A stretch of DNA of 64,000 nt, from positions 40,300,001 through 40,364,000 of the forward strand of contig NC_043007.1 of the NCBI RefSeq assembly GCF_006345805.1. Direction: 5' to 3'. Below, piece by piece: positions 12,745 to 27,130 of this stretch (positions are counted from its first letter, which is position 1; each line of letters starts with the position of its first letter). The position numbers were made by a program, and so were the translations under genes. The notes beneath the pieces are model-generated. The model saw only the letters and a program-made list of their open reading frames with translations. It was not told the DNA's origin and made no database searches. The stretch is from Octopus sinensis (taxonomy: Eukaryota).

Positions 12745-12950
12745 TATAGTTACTCCAAACATGAACAAAGAGAAAACATAACAACGCGAGAACATGGAGC
12801 AAGTATAGTCTTATTGGGCACTCAGGAAAGAAAAGAAAGAAGGAGGATTTAATGTTTCAAGTGGAGCTCTTCATCAGAAACATAGAAAAAGGAAAGGTCC
12901 AAGGAAGGGAAGACGGAGAAAGAAAATCGCCAACGATACACACACGGTCA
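12745..12950 (-). mobile_element. Small Penelope/retrozyme-like repeat with hammerhead-like core (family 1, copy 1)
   Basis: Minus strand GTTT-CTGATGA-A-GAG-CTCCA-CTT-GAAAC-ATT-AAAT at 12847-12881; flanked by (TA)n; homologous to 32272-32450. Confidence 0.65.
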
Positions 12951-12956
12951 CATATG

Positions 12957-13000
<44 letters not shown>

Positions 13001-13169
13001 CCTTTATATATATGTATATATATGCATACATACATATACTTAAGTCATCTGGCATGGAACTGATTGGTGAGATCAGCTATGATGAATATATAATACTGTA
13101 CACTTTGAATAATATATATACACACACGTATGTATGTATGTATGTATGTGTGTGTGTTTGTGTGTGTGT

Positions 13170-13204
<35 letters not shown>

Positions 13205-13305
13205 CATATTGTGAGTGAGAGACAAACAGTGACATACATGTTTAACATAAGAAGAGAGATCGCTCAATATGAGATTATTAGAATATAATTATGTAATGTA
13301 ATCTA

Positions 13306-13378
13306 CCATAGTTTACATGCTACAGCCCGTTTCGTGTATTTTGTCATAACTACATAATACACTCATAAAGTTTACTGG
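13306..13378 (-). ncRNA. Degenerate hammerhead-ribozyme-like motif (family 2); related copy at 14560-14630
   Basis: Minus strand TTTATGA-GTGTATTATGT-agttatg-ACAAAATACAC-GAAAC-GGGC-TGTA-GCAT-GTA: 11-bp stem II with one mismatch between a CTGATGA-like box and GAAAC. Confidence 0.5.
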
Positions 13379-14648
13379 AACTCCCAAAACACCAAAACAT
13401 CACCTTTTTTTTTGGGGGGGGGGGTGCAGATATGTATTAAGTGAATTTAACATTCGTATTGTTATCTAAAAGCATTTGCAAAATAAGCAAAAAAAAAAAA
13501 AAACTTAAAGTAGGAATTCAACCTGTTTACTGCAAGAATCAGTTTTTTTGTTATCCTACCACCTATGATATGTACAGTTAATTCAGTAGTTCAGTAACTA
13601 TATTAGAAGTCATTTTATGTAATGTGATCTATCTCAGGAGTTGAACCTGTTTGCTGCAAGAATCATTTCTGTTTCTCTACCTCCTTTGACGTGTATGGTT
13701 AATTCAGTAACTATACAAGTCTTTTTTTCGCTTTTTGACCTGTCCTCTTGTGACCTTGAAGAAGTTGAGATAACTTGTATCTATACACTTGAGATTTCTT
13801 ATCAGAAAGTAACCAACTGAAGTATTATCAATTACCACAGTAAAGGCCTGTCAAAGTTTGCTTTGGCAGAATCGTTAGCACACTGGACAAAATGCTTAGT
13901 GACATTTCTTCAGGTGCTTTAACAATGCTAAGCTCAAATCCCATAGGGGTCAACTTTGCCTTTAAATCCTTTGATGGTTGGTAAAATAAATACCAGTTGA
14001 GTACTGAGGTCAGTGTAATCAATTAAGCCTCTCCCCTAAAATTTCTGGTCTTCAACCAAATTTGAAACAAAAACTTTACTTCTGCGTACTGTGTTCAAAT
14101 CTCTCTCAAATTCAATTTTGCCTTTCACCTTCTCAGGTCAATATCTTATAGTCGTTATAATCTAGGTAGTGGATGATAGAACTGGTAAAATACCTCGAAA
14201 AAACCTCGCAACGTTTAATTATTCAGCTTTATGTCCCAAGTTCAAATCACAACAGAGTTAACTTTATCCTCTGAGGATGATCAATGAAATAAGAAACAGA
14301 CAGTTATTAGGTTTAATGGTATTGATGAATCTGCTCCCTTCAAATTTGCTGGGTCTGTGCCCAAATTAGAAACAATTAAAATTATGAATATTAAAGTTCG
14401 TGGTTTGGTAGAATTGCTTAAACATAGGGCGCAATGCCATGCAAAATTTCTTATGGACCTTTACATTCTGAGCTCAAATTTTGCCAAGTTCAACTTATTC
14501 ATTTCACCAGGGTTGATAAATTAACCCATCAATGATCTCAGTTAGAAACGTTAAATTATGTAATACAAACATATATTTCATGTATTATGTCATAAACTAC
14601 ATAATATAAACATCAAATACTTTAGAACCCCCAAAATATCTTCTTCTT

Positions 14649-14686
<38 letters not shown>

Positions 14687-15364
14687 ACGTCATCATATTT
14701 ACAACTGCTTTCCATGCTAGCATGAGTTTAATGTTTTGACTGGATCCAATGGATCAGAGGACCACATCTTGCTCCAGTCTCTCAGTTTTTACATGGTTTC
14801 TATAGCTGGATAACTTTCCTAGTGTTAGCCACATTGCTGAGTGTACTAAATGCATTAGACAAAGCATAACCATGAGTGTGATTGCCTTGCAAATTGCAAA
14901 ATTACAGAGGTCTCTAGACTGACAGGGAGAACAGATAGGGTGGTCTTTTAAAATGAAGTGTTGAGAGTTTTAAAGTATGATGGAAAGAGAAGGGTCAAGT
15001 TTATTGTTGTGAAGATTCATGGCTATATTGCATTTTACTTGGGTGTGTGAGGATAGCAGGAGTAGTGACAGAAAGAGAGGTAATGAAGTGCCAGAACAAA
15101 TCTGAAGGGTACTTACCTATCTAACTAACTATCTATCTATCTATCTATATATATATATATATATATATATAAATTTATATAAATAAGGATAAGATCGTTA
15201 TTTGAATACCGATCTTATCAGGTGGCCAGCATGGGAATAAAAACCTTCAAAGGTAATAATTATTATTAAAATTATATTTTAGGGTATCTAAGAGATATTA
15301 CCAGGCTGGAAATAGCAGCCAAAACTTGACTCTAAAACCACATTAAATGTACACATATATATAT

Positions 15365-15596
15365 ATTTCTTTATTGCCGACATGGGGCTAAATATAGAGG
15401 GGGACAAATAAGGACAGACAAACAGATTAATATGATTACATTGACCCCAGTGCGTAACTGGTACTTATTTAATCGACCCCGAAAGGATGAAAGGTAAAGT
15501 TGACCTAGGCAGAATTTGAACTCAGAACGTAACAGCAGACGAAATACCGCTAAGCATTTCGCCCAGCGTGCCAATGTTTCTGCCAGCTCACTGCCC
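15365..15596 (-). mobile_element. Family-B SINE, young subfamily
   Basis: As 5728-5948. Confidence 0.85.
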
Positions 15597-15617
15597 TATA
15601 TTTATATATATATATAA

Positions 15618-15664
<47 letters not shown>

Positions 15665-15682
15665 TATATAATATATATATAT

Positions 15683-15718
<36 letters not shown>

Positions 15719-15860
15719 AATATATATATAAATATATATATAAATATATATATATATAAATATATATATATATAAAAATATATATATATATAAATATATA
15801 TATATATACATATATATAAATATATATATGTATATACATATAAATATATATATACACACA

Positions 15861-15917
<57 letters not shown>

Positions 15918-15920
15918 ATA
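15596..15920. repeat. (TA)n/(TAAA) and (CA)n microsatellite block; similar blocks at 2465-2780, 12955-13205, 16395-17135, 20635-21020, 41700-42060, 50125-50330
   Basis: Direct reading; source of the YI/CV/TH-repeat pseudo-ORFs. Confidence 0.95.
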
Positions 15921-16397
15921 GATCAGGATTCAAGTGAATCAGGCACTTAAATGGTAAGGCACTGGATTGGGTTGAAAACCAAAATGTGTACATAACAAAA
16001 ATTGAAGAATACATATGTGCTGAAGTACAGGCAGAAAGATATTCAAGTTAAGTATACAATTAACTGTACCCCGACTGAGTATATCAATAGCCTTGAGGTT
16101 AGTCAAGTAACACACATTGCACTAAACACATAGTCCATAATATACTTCAGATCAATGCAACGAACAGGTTCCGAGAGAGGTGAACAATAAATAAGTAAAT
16201 AACATGAGATGGATAATGTGTCATTTCACTACAGCTGTTTCCAACAAATTTTTAACTGATTAATGGAGATGTTACATCATTAGAAAAAAAAACTGTTTTC
16301 ATCAGGTGAATACATGGACTACAATATTCAAAACCATTCAAAGGCTAATGGTATGTGCACCTTCATAGTTTTATGAGCCTTGCTGACCATAGATACG

Positions 16398-16460
<63 letters not shown>

Positions 16461-16626
16461 AATGTGTGTGTGTGCGATCATTTAATGCCTCTTTTCACAA
16501 GCTGGCATCGTCTGTACAGATTGAAAAGAACAGATGAGCCAAAGGGTTCTGCCAGGATCTTTGTCTGCTTTGGCATGATTTCTGAAGCTGGACACCCTGC
16601 CTAACACCAACCAATCATCCATTCGC

Positions 16627-16670
<44 letters not shown>

Positions 16671-16706
16671 ATACATATATGTATACATATTCAAATATAC
16701 ATGTAT

Positions 16707-16753
<47 letters not shown>

Positions 16754-17016
16754 TATTATATTAATAATTATATACATAACTATAACAAGGGATTGGCAAT
16801 ATGCCTCTCCACATGATGAAACAGATTCTAAATGGTGCTAAAGCCACCTTAAAAATTCTAACAACATCCGTATATGTATACATGCATATACATATATACA
16901 CACACACATATATATACATATATACACATACATGTATACACATACGTACATATACATACACATATATATGTACATATATACATACACACATATACACACA
17001 CACACATATATATATA

Positions 17017-17080
<64 letters not shown>

Positions 17081-20000
17081 TACAAACACATACACATATA
17101 TACACACACACACACACACATATATATGTATATAGGCAGTGAATGCAGAGGATATGCAAAGGCTAGAAATAAATGAAGCCAGCATGCACCACTGTACATG
17201 CAATGTCAGTGAGCGTGTATGACAAAATGTAAATATCTTGGGAAAGAAACTGGGTATAAGAGACATCAGATGTAGTATGCAAGAAAGAATAATGTGAGCA
17301 GGGTCATGTGAAGTAACCTCCCCTCCCCCACAAAGATACAGTCTGTCCTTAAAAATCTCTCCCCCTGCATCCCATCTTCTCAATACCTCCTTCTTCCCAC
17401 ATCCCGGCTCACCACCCACTCACTGTATTCTCCTCCAACTCTACTTCCATTCTTCCTTGAAAACCTACCTGCACACAATATGTTCCTGCACCTACATGCA
17501 CACAATATGTTCTTGCACCTACCTGCACACAATATGTACCATAAGTAAATTACACAAGCCATTTTGTCTGACACCCTAATGATTTTTGCCAATCACAGCA
17601 TTAATAGTAATAAGGAAGATGATGATGATTTCTCACATGAACACCAAGTTACACACTGTTGGGGTGGGGTGGATTCATATCAATAAAACAACCATAGTGT
17701 ATGACTGGGTGTTTACTTCACTGCACAAATTATAGAGATAAAAAATAAATGCACATTGCAAAGCATCAGTCAGTCTAAATTCCTTTATTTCTTCTGCAAG
17801 CTTTCATTTATATTTCAACTGAGAATAAGACTATAAATTCACTTATCTGAATGTTGAATTGTTGTTTGTCCAGTGCTCAAACGATTTTGCTAAGTCACCA
17901 CTCTTTATAATCACAATAATATTGATTTTAAAAAATACATATTTTTGGCACAAGGGCACACATTCTGTGGAAGGACACAAACTCAGTGACATAAAACCAA
18001 ACCCAGACCTTAATGAGAATTTAGTTCAACAGTGTACTGTTTCTACCACTCCTCTCATCATGACACTACCAATAAATGAAATGAATATGTAAACACAAAC
18101 AACACACACATGCTGATACACTTTGTTAAATGCACCTGCCACATACAAAAAAGAAAGGCAGACAAATATTGAAGCTATAAATTAACAAAAGATCGTGTAA
18201 GTTAACATCAAAAATTTTCTTTACTATATTTCTTTTAGTTATTTACTTATTTTATGATTATGCAAGGCTCCAGCCAGTCAGTTCATGGTTCGGTAGACAA
18301 GGCCTAAGATAACATATCAAACTACATCTCTCATCTGTTTGTATCAATCGACTGCAATGTTATCTTCAGAATTTCACCACTGATGAGATCAAACAAAATT
18401 CTGTTTTTACTGTAGGAGTTCTATGCTGGGAACAGGGTAGGTCAACAGAGAAAGAGTACTATTTGTGACAACAGTAAAACATGCCTCTCACTCTTGTGAG
18501 AGCAACTGATGCAACTGAGGCCCAGCCTGAAAATCTGCAGGGGAGTGTCTCATGGAAAACTGTAGACAATGCAATAACATGAACTCTGCACACAGTACCC
18601 AAGGACCAGGTGATAATGTGAAACTGAGAGGGGTGTTAAATGGATCAGTCATCAAGAATAGAGGTGTTGAAGGAAGCACAATTCCTATGACTCATGATGT
18701 GATAATGTTTAATAATGATTTCAAACACAGGAAGAAGACAGTAAAATTTACAAGAAGCACTCAATTCAATTCTGATCCTAGTGTATGACTGGTACTTATT
18801 TTATCACACTCCCCGCTCACCACCACCATCAAAAGATCAAAGTAATAAATACACTGCAAGGCATTTTGTTTGGCACTTTACTATTTCCAGTACTTTACAA
18901 GAATTCTAAATTTAAAACTAAACCAGAAATAGTCAACACTGTTACTAAAAACAACTTCCTCTATATACAGTGTCCCATAACACGTGTGCTTAAAAAGCTG
19001 TACAAAGCAAAAGCACTTACAAAATATGTAAACTTCCTTCCAGAAGATTTGTATCATTCTGTTTTTAAAGATATTAATATAGTTAATTTTCAATTTAAGA
19101 AAACCTTCCTTCAAATATTGTGACTGTATCAAGAATTCTTTCTAAAACATAGGTAGGTTTGGCAGATAAATAGATGGGTAGGTCGTCTTTCCTAGCTACT
19201 TATTTACCTACATACATATTCACTTTCAAAGACAGAATGCAGCTGAAAATAACATAGTTTTTCCCATTCATTTTCTATTGAGATATATGTGTGTTTGTTG
19301 ATGAGTGAGTCCGAGTGTTTGTGTGCAAGCATGTGCATGTGTGTGCACATGTACGTGTGTGCACATGTACGTGTGTGCACGTGTGTATGGTGACATCATT
19401 CATGAATGTATCAATTTCATGAATGGTTGAAAATTAATTTTTCTCTGCTGATATCATTAGGAACAAAATTCCTTTTGTTTTGAGGGTTCCCGGGTCGATT
19501 TATGCACTGAAACTATTTTAGGAATGTTTAAAAGTATATTCACCAACACATTTTATTGTTGTGATGTGCAATTTTCACTAAAATTGCAAAGCAAACAGAT
19601 TTTCAATTTGTGTGTGTGTGTGTACAAATATATATACACACACACATGTGGCTAGGCAGGTTTTTATAATGTGCCTTGTGTCTCAAGGCAATCTTCTATG
19701 TGTGCGTGTATGTACATACATACATGCATACATAATACATACAAGATTGCTTGAAGACACAAGGAACATTATAAAAACCTGCCTAGCCACGTATTTTAAT
19801 GCTAAGAAACTATTAGTGACTCCTATTTTAATAGTGTACAATAAACAATTACACACACACACGCACACACAAATATATATATATAAACAGCAGCATCAAC
19901 ACCAAACAGTGATTAGGAATAAACAAACTTTATGCTAGTTAAAATATGTTTGTGACATATTTCAACTTCTAAAGGAAAATTCACTGCAGTTACCATGGAG

Positions 20001-20681
20001 AAAAAAATTCTTGCTGATGTTAAAAGGAAAAACACCATATCTGCCCATTGCTTCCTCTTATCCACTTCCCAGACCTAGCATTTCTGGCTCTTTAGCCTTC
20101 CTCAATGGGATATACCAAAGGGAAGAAACTTTAGGCAGATTCAAAGCTATAGCTTTAATTAAAAATACTGTCAACAGCAGTGACTGAGTTGTACCCCACT
20201 ACTGCTTGACAACCAATGTTGGTGTGTTTACATCACCATAACCTAGCAGTTTGATAAAAGCAACTGATAGAATAAGTATCAGGCTTCAAAAAATTAAGAG
20301 ATAAGTACTGGGATCACTTCATTTGAGAAGAAAATTCTTCAAGGCAGTACCTCAGTATGGCCAGTCTAATGACAGAAACAAGTAGAAGATAATATATATG
20401 CAAAGTGGTTGGTATTTGGAAGAGCATCCAACGGTAAAAACCATGTGAAAAACTGACTTCACTTGTGTTGGTGCCATGTAAAATGCACTCAGTCAACTCA
20501 ACAGGGTGGTTGGTGTTAGGAAGGGCATCCAGCTGTAAAAACCATGTCAAAACATACACAGTAACCGGGGGGGGGGTTGTCTTCTACCTAACTAGCTCCT
20601 GTCAAAGGCAGATGTTAAATGATGATGATGATGATATATATATATTCATTTATATTTATATATATATATATACATACACAA

Positions 20682-20724
<43 letters not shown>

Positions 20725-20770
20725 TATACATATATATATACACACACAGAAATATACATTATATACACAA

Positions 20771-20815
<45 letters not shown>

Positions 20816-20947
20816 TATACATATATATATACACACAGAAATATACATTATACACACACACACACACACATATATATATACACACAGAAATATACATTAT
20901 ACACACACACACACACATATATATATACATACAGAAATATACATTAT

Positions 20948-20993
<46 letters not shown>

Positions 20994-21717
20994 TTGTGTG
21001 TGTGTATATATATATTTATAATGCTGTAATTAAATTACATGAGAGTATAGATGTACATTTAATTCCATACATGTTAGTGATATCAATCTTGGAGCCACCT
21101 CAAAAAGCAAAAAGCAAGGCCATGTAGGCCATATGCTACATAGTTGCTCTTTGAGTAGAGAATATTTGAAATGTGTATGTTAAGGCTTGGTCAGAACTGA
21201 GGTCAAGCAAGAACAACTTAAACCAGCAGAAATGCCTTTGTGTGATCAGTCAACCTACAGGAAATAGCAACCAAATCTGCCTCAACATCTTACTGTCTTG
21301 AGCACACTGGATAATGTGGTTCAAAGACACATTATATCTTAAAAACATATTAATTTTTGTGCGTGCATGCACACACATGCATATATGTATATGAGAAAGC
21401 ACTGTAGTCTACAGAGGAGAAGCAAATTCTTCTGTTTCTTGGCAACCTGCAACTGTAGCTAGTTGCTCTTGTTGTTGTTAATGTTGCTTCTACTCTAAAG
21501 GGCAAAGTGTGTAATGCAAAGGACTCTGGTGACTTTATTTAAATAGGTAAGCCCCACCTTCTCTTCTGCATATTAAGTAAGAATACTATAGAGGAGGGAA
21601 GGAGATAGAACATGGGGGCGGAGCAGAGAAATAGAGTCTTAGGGGAAGGGTGAGAGAAAGAGAGTGTAAAAATAAAGGGAGATGGAAAATGAGGAAATGA
21701 GTATATAAAATATTTTA

Positions 21718-22110
21718 TGCGCAGGCATGGTTGTGTGATAAGAAGCTTGCTTTTCAACCACATGGTTCCGGGTTCAGTCCCACAGCACGGTACCTTGGGC
21801 AAGTGTCTGCTATAATAGCCTTGGGCCAACCAAAGCCTTGTGAGTGGATTTGGTAAACAGAAACTAAAAGATGCTTGTCGACTATATATATGTATGTGTG
21901 TGTGTCTTTGAGTCTGTGTTTGTCTCCCACCACCACTTAACAACTGGTGCTGAAGAGTTTATATCCCCATAAACCAGCAGTTCAGCAAGAAAGACTGATA
22001 GACTAAGTACCAGGCTTTAGAAAAAAGGTCTTAGGGTAGATTTGTTCGGCTAATATCCTTCAAGGTGAGCCCCAGAATAGCCGCTGTCAAATTACTGAAA
22101 CAAGATAAAA
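21718..22110 (+). mobile_element. Family-A SINE
   Basis: Same block structure. Confidence 0.8.
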
Positions 22111-22803
22111 GCAAAATGTATATATATGTAGTTGTACATATATGCACCCGTGTGCTCATTGCATGTGTATATATGCATGTACATGCAAGGTGTAAAGCTC
22201 AAATGGTTCTTAAGCCACAAAGCAGGCTTTAAAGACAGGATATTGATGCCATTTCGGTCTCTAATCAGCCCTCAATTATCAGACCTATCACCAAAGATAT
22301 TGGAGATGCAACCCACCCATTTTGATGTCAACCAAACCACCTAATCATTAAATTAATATGTAGGTGGCTGAGTATTCCACAGACACAAGTACCATGAACA
22401 TAATTCTCAATAGGTTTTCCAACTGTCCAATTTCATTCACAAGGCTTGTGTCAAAACAAGCACTTGCTCAAAATTCCATGCAGTGGAAATGAATCTGAAA
22501 ATCGGAAATGATCATCAGACTTAGTGTACCTAGGACTACATAATCCAATGTCTACTTTTCTTTAAAACAGCAAGGTATTATTAGCACACTTGCAACTGCA
22601 AAGATGAAATTGTGACATTGTAATTGTTACTGTTGTTGAGTACACACAGAGAACTGCTTAAACATGACAGAGAGGTAAACTTTCATAGGCAGTACACCAC
22701 CTAGTCTATATTTCTAGCTATGATTACACCTCTCCTCTTGTTTTTATTCTGAAAGTGCATTTGTTCTTAGATATAACAAAAAGAAGAAAAGTGTTGCTAT
22801 CCA

Positions 22804-22855
<52 letters not shown>

Positions 22856-23747
22856 TGAACTAGATTAAATATTGTAAATTTGTTGAAGTCATTTAAAACT
22901 AGTTTTTTTCTTTCTTTTCTTTTTTTTTTTACACTTGTCAGATCAGCAAGAAGGGTTAGTGCCCAATACCTCTGTAGTCCCTTCTGGACTGGTATGACAC
23001 TATTAATGTGCCTCTTGAACCCTTGAAAATCAACACCTGGGAGAAAGGCATAAGCAGAGAAGGAATTCTAGAGGGATGATCTTCTGGAAGAAGGAAGGAC
23101 ATGGGGAGAGGCGGATGATACAAAGATAAAAGGAGGAGGAAAAACAAATGGGATGGGAGTGCCTGAGAGGAGATGACAAGATTTCAGTCAACTCCCAGGA
23201 GCAAAGGCCATTAGAGAAGCAACAGAAAATACCATTAGAGAAGATAGCACATCTGTGGGCCAGACGCTGGAATGTGTCTGTGAGTGACTGGTATTAAACA
23301 TAATAATTCTACTGCTGAGCAACCACATAAGTGAATGTGTAACAGAATATCTGTATTGATGCTGTCAAAAGATGTAGTTTGAGTCTGGGAAGTCGGTTTC
23401 TTTGCTGTTTTCTCTCTGAAATCAGTTGCTGCAATGTTTGATAACAATCTACAGGAAAATCACAGCAGTTAATTTGTACTGCAGTAAAGACAATCAACAG
23501 CTACAGGCTACAAACTGCTAATTGGACAGAGAATGGGTATTCTTTCATTGTGATGATCTATAAGACAATAAGGTAGTCAGGTTATTCAGTTTCTGCCATG
23601 GAGAGGTAAGAGCTGAGATGAAACCACTTAGTTGTTTTTCACAAGGAGCTTGTTAATTAAGAAAATACATATGCTTTACATCTTAAATTATTCCCCCAAA
23701 ACATTGTGTGTTGCTCATTGCTAAAGCATGCATTATTATGCAAATTA

Positions 23748-24160
23748 GCTTTTACTTGTTTCAGTCATTAGACTGCAGCCATGCTGGGGCAACGCCTTGA
23801 AGAATTTTTAGTCGAATGAATCAACCCTAGTACGTTGGTCTCTTTTGCTGAACTGCTAAGTTACAGAAAGGTAAACACATCAGCACCAGTTGTCAAGTGG
23901 TGGGAGAGGACAAACCCATACACAAAAAGACACACACACACACATACACACACATGCAAACAGAAAAACACATATACACATATGCACGCACAAACACACA
24001 CACATACAACAGGCTTCTTTCAGTTTCTGTCAACCAAATCCACTCACTAGGTTTTGGTCAGCCCAAGGCCATAGTAGAAGACACTTGCCCAAGGTGCCAT
24101 GCAGTGGGACAGAACCTGGAACCATGAGGTTGAGAAGCAAACTTATTACCACACAGCCAC
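23748..24160 (-). mobile_element. Family-A SINE
   Basis: Reverse complement of the family-A blocks. Confidence 0.8.
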
Positions 24161-24749
24161 ACCATGTAAACTATAAATAGCAATGGCCAATAATGGTTTC
24201 TAATTTTGACACAAGGCCAGCACATTTTTGAGAGGAAGGGAGAGTCAATGATTATATCAAACACCAGTACTTCATTGGCACTTATCTTATCAACCCCAAA
24301 AGGAAGAAATGCAAAGTCGGTCTGTCAGTCTCAATAGAATTTGAACTCAGAATATAAAGACAGCAAAGGCTAACAATAATCTGCCTGTTGACAGAAGTTG
24401 GATATTGTTACTCTGGAAAAAGGCCTAACAAAACTAGAAATCAAGCAGACTCATATCTTTTGCTTCCTATGGAGAGAGAAAGATTTATGGTGTAATCATT
24501 CAGTTTACATTTTACAGTGAGGCTAAACTGCATATATAACACACTTTGCTATATATTTCAATTATCAAAACTATCCTCTCCAGTGAACAACTTAATCAAA
24601 TGACAAACATACACATACGCACGCATATACATACACATGTATAACAATAGAGCAGCAGAAGTAGTTACGATGAGTGTATATAGGCTTGTGTCCTAAATAA
24701 GGTGAATAGAGGTACACCACAAAACCAACATACACAAAATGTACATAAA

Positions 24750-25189
24750 TCATTATATATGTTATATATATTATATATATATATAATATATATATATATA
24801 TTTATACATATATATGATATTATACATTATATATATATACATATATAATATAACATATATATATATACATATATATATAGATATACATATATTATATATT
24901 ATACAATATATATATAAATATATATATATATATACATATAAATATATTACATATATATATATATAACAGATATATAGAACATAACAATATATATATCTAA
25001 TTATATATATATATACACATATATATATAGACATATATATATACATACATATATATATATACATATACATATACAATATATATATATACATATACATATA
25101 CCACATATTATATATACATACATATATATATATTACATATACATACACATATATATTTACATACATATATATATACATATACATATATT

Positions 25190-25241
<52 letters not shown>

Positions 25242-25248
25242 ATATATG

Positions 25249-25287
<39 letters not shown>

Positions 25288-25325
25288 GTCTTATATAGTA
25301 TATCTAATGTATATCTATTATATAG

Positions 25326-25356
<31 letters not shown>

Positions 25357-25374
25357 TCTATATATCTATATATG

Positions 25375-25410
<36 letters not shown>

Positions 25411-25808
25411 ATAATATATCTGTATATATATATATGTATATATATAGTATATATATTATAATATATCTATATATATTATATATATATATATATCTTAATA
25501 TATATAATATCGATATATGTATATATATATATATATATCTAAATATAGGTATATATATATATATATGTATATATTTATATATATATATATTGTATGATAT
25601 ATATATATATGTTATATTAGATAGGATAATATAGATATATTGTATATATATTATATATATCTAGATATAATATATATAGATATATGTTATTGATATATAT
25701 ATATATATTATGTATATGTATATATATAATATATATATATGTATATATAATATATATGTAATATAATATATATATGTATATATATATTATACTATATATA
25801 TTATATAG

Positions 25809-25840
<32 letters not shown>

Positions 25841-25877
25841 GTATATAATATATATATATCTTATATATATATATATG

Positions 25878-25936
<59 letters not shown>

Positions 25937-25962
25937 TAATTATATATATATAGTCTATGATG

Positions 25963-25994
<32 letters not shown>

Positions 25995-26190
25995 ATATTT
26001 AAATTATATCTATATATTCTATATATATACTATATATTTAAATATATATATTTATTTATATATATTTATATAATTTATATTTATATATATATTATATATA
26101 TATACACACACACCACATATATACATTATAAATATATATATATGTATGTATGTATGGTATGTATGTATGTATGTATATGTATGTATGCAT
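24750..26190. repeat. ~1.4-kb interrupted (TA)n tract
   Basis: Direct reading. Confidence 0.95.
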
Positions 26191-26499
26191 GCAAGGAGAG
26201 GGAGAGAAAGGATATGAAGAGCGAAACTTTCAAATGTGTACATATATGTATGCTTAGATATGATGAAAGTGTGCATTCAACAATGCCAAGTCAAATATGG
26301 CCTCTGAGGCTTACAAAAGAGAAAGCTCATTGCTACCCAATCCAAACTGGTACACAGTGGGGGAAACCATTACACAGGGTTTGCATGTTTAAGATCAGAG
26401 CAAACAACAGAGGCTTGACGCTTCTAAACAAGACAACACAGGCTTTTGTTCACAGACATGAACAGACTTTTTTTTCACTGAGAGAGTTTAGTGACAACG

Positions 26500-27130
26500 G
26501 TGGTGGTGGTCGCAGAGATTAAAGTGGTGGTGGCAGTGGTGAAAGTATGGTTGTGGTACCGTGGTGGTGGGGTATGTTGGTGTCGGTCAGATACTGGTAA
26601 CTGTGGGACCAGTGGTGGTGGTGGTGGTGATGGTAGTTGTGGTGCTGGATTGGTTGCTCACTGGTATTAGACATTATAATTCTACTGACAGGGACTATGA
26701 TAGAGGGTGGTCACAGTAGTGTTAATGGTGGTGGCAGTGGTGGTGGTGGTGGTGGTCATGGTGGTGGTAGCAATAGTGGTGGTGATAGTGATAGCGGAAG
26801 TAGCAATGATAGTGATGATGGTTGGCAGTGATGGTGTCAATGATGGTGATGATAGCAGTGATAGTGGCAGCAGTGGTGGCAGTGAAGGTGGTAGTGGTGG
26901 TGTTCATGGTAGTATCGGGAGTGGTAGTGATGGTATTAGTGGTATCATGATGGTGGTGGTGGTGGTGGTGTTTATGTAGGGGTAATGTTATGGACTGTGG
27001 TAGTGATAGTTATAAAGGCAATAGTGGTGGTGACAGTGGCAAAGGTGATGGTGGTGGATGTAGTGGTGATAGTTTTAGTAATGGTGGAGTGGTATTGGAG
27101 ATTGTGATGGTGCTGATAGTTGATTGTAGG
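26500..27130. repeat. Degenerate (GGT/GAT/AGT)n low-complexity tract
   Basis: Direct reading. Confidence 0.9.

Noticed and set aside
19020-19140. Minus-strand segment with AG/GTAAGT boundaries and one open frame (KEFLIQSQYLKEGF...)
   Set aside because: Not coiled-coil or TRIP11-like, AT-rich with non-coding composition.
24771-26522. Long ORFs rich in YI/CV/TH (also 15550-16014, 16761-17419, 20465-21127, 41646-42125, 49988-50400)
   Set aside because: Translations of (TA)n/(CA)n microsatellites, which lack stops in several frames.
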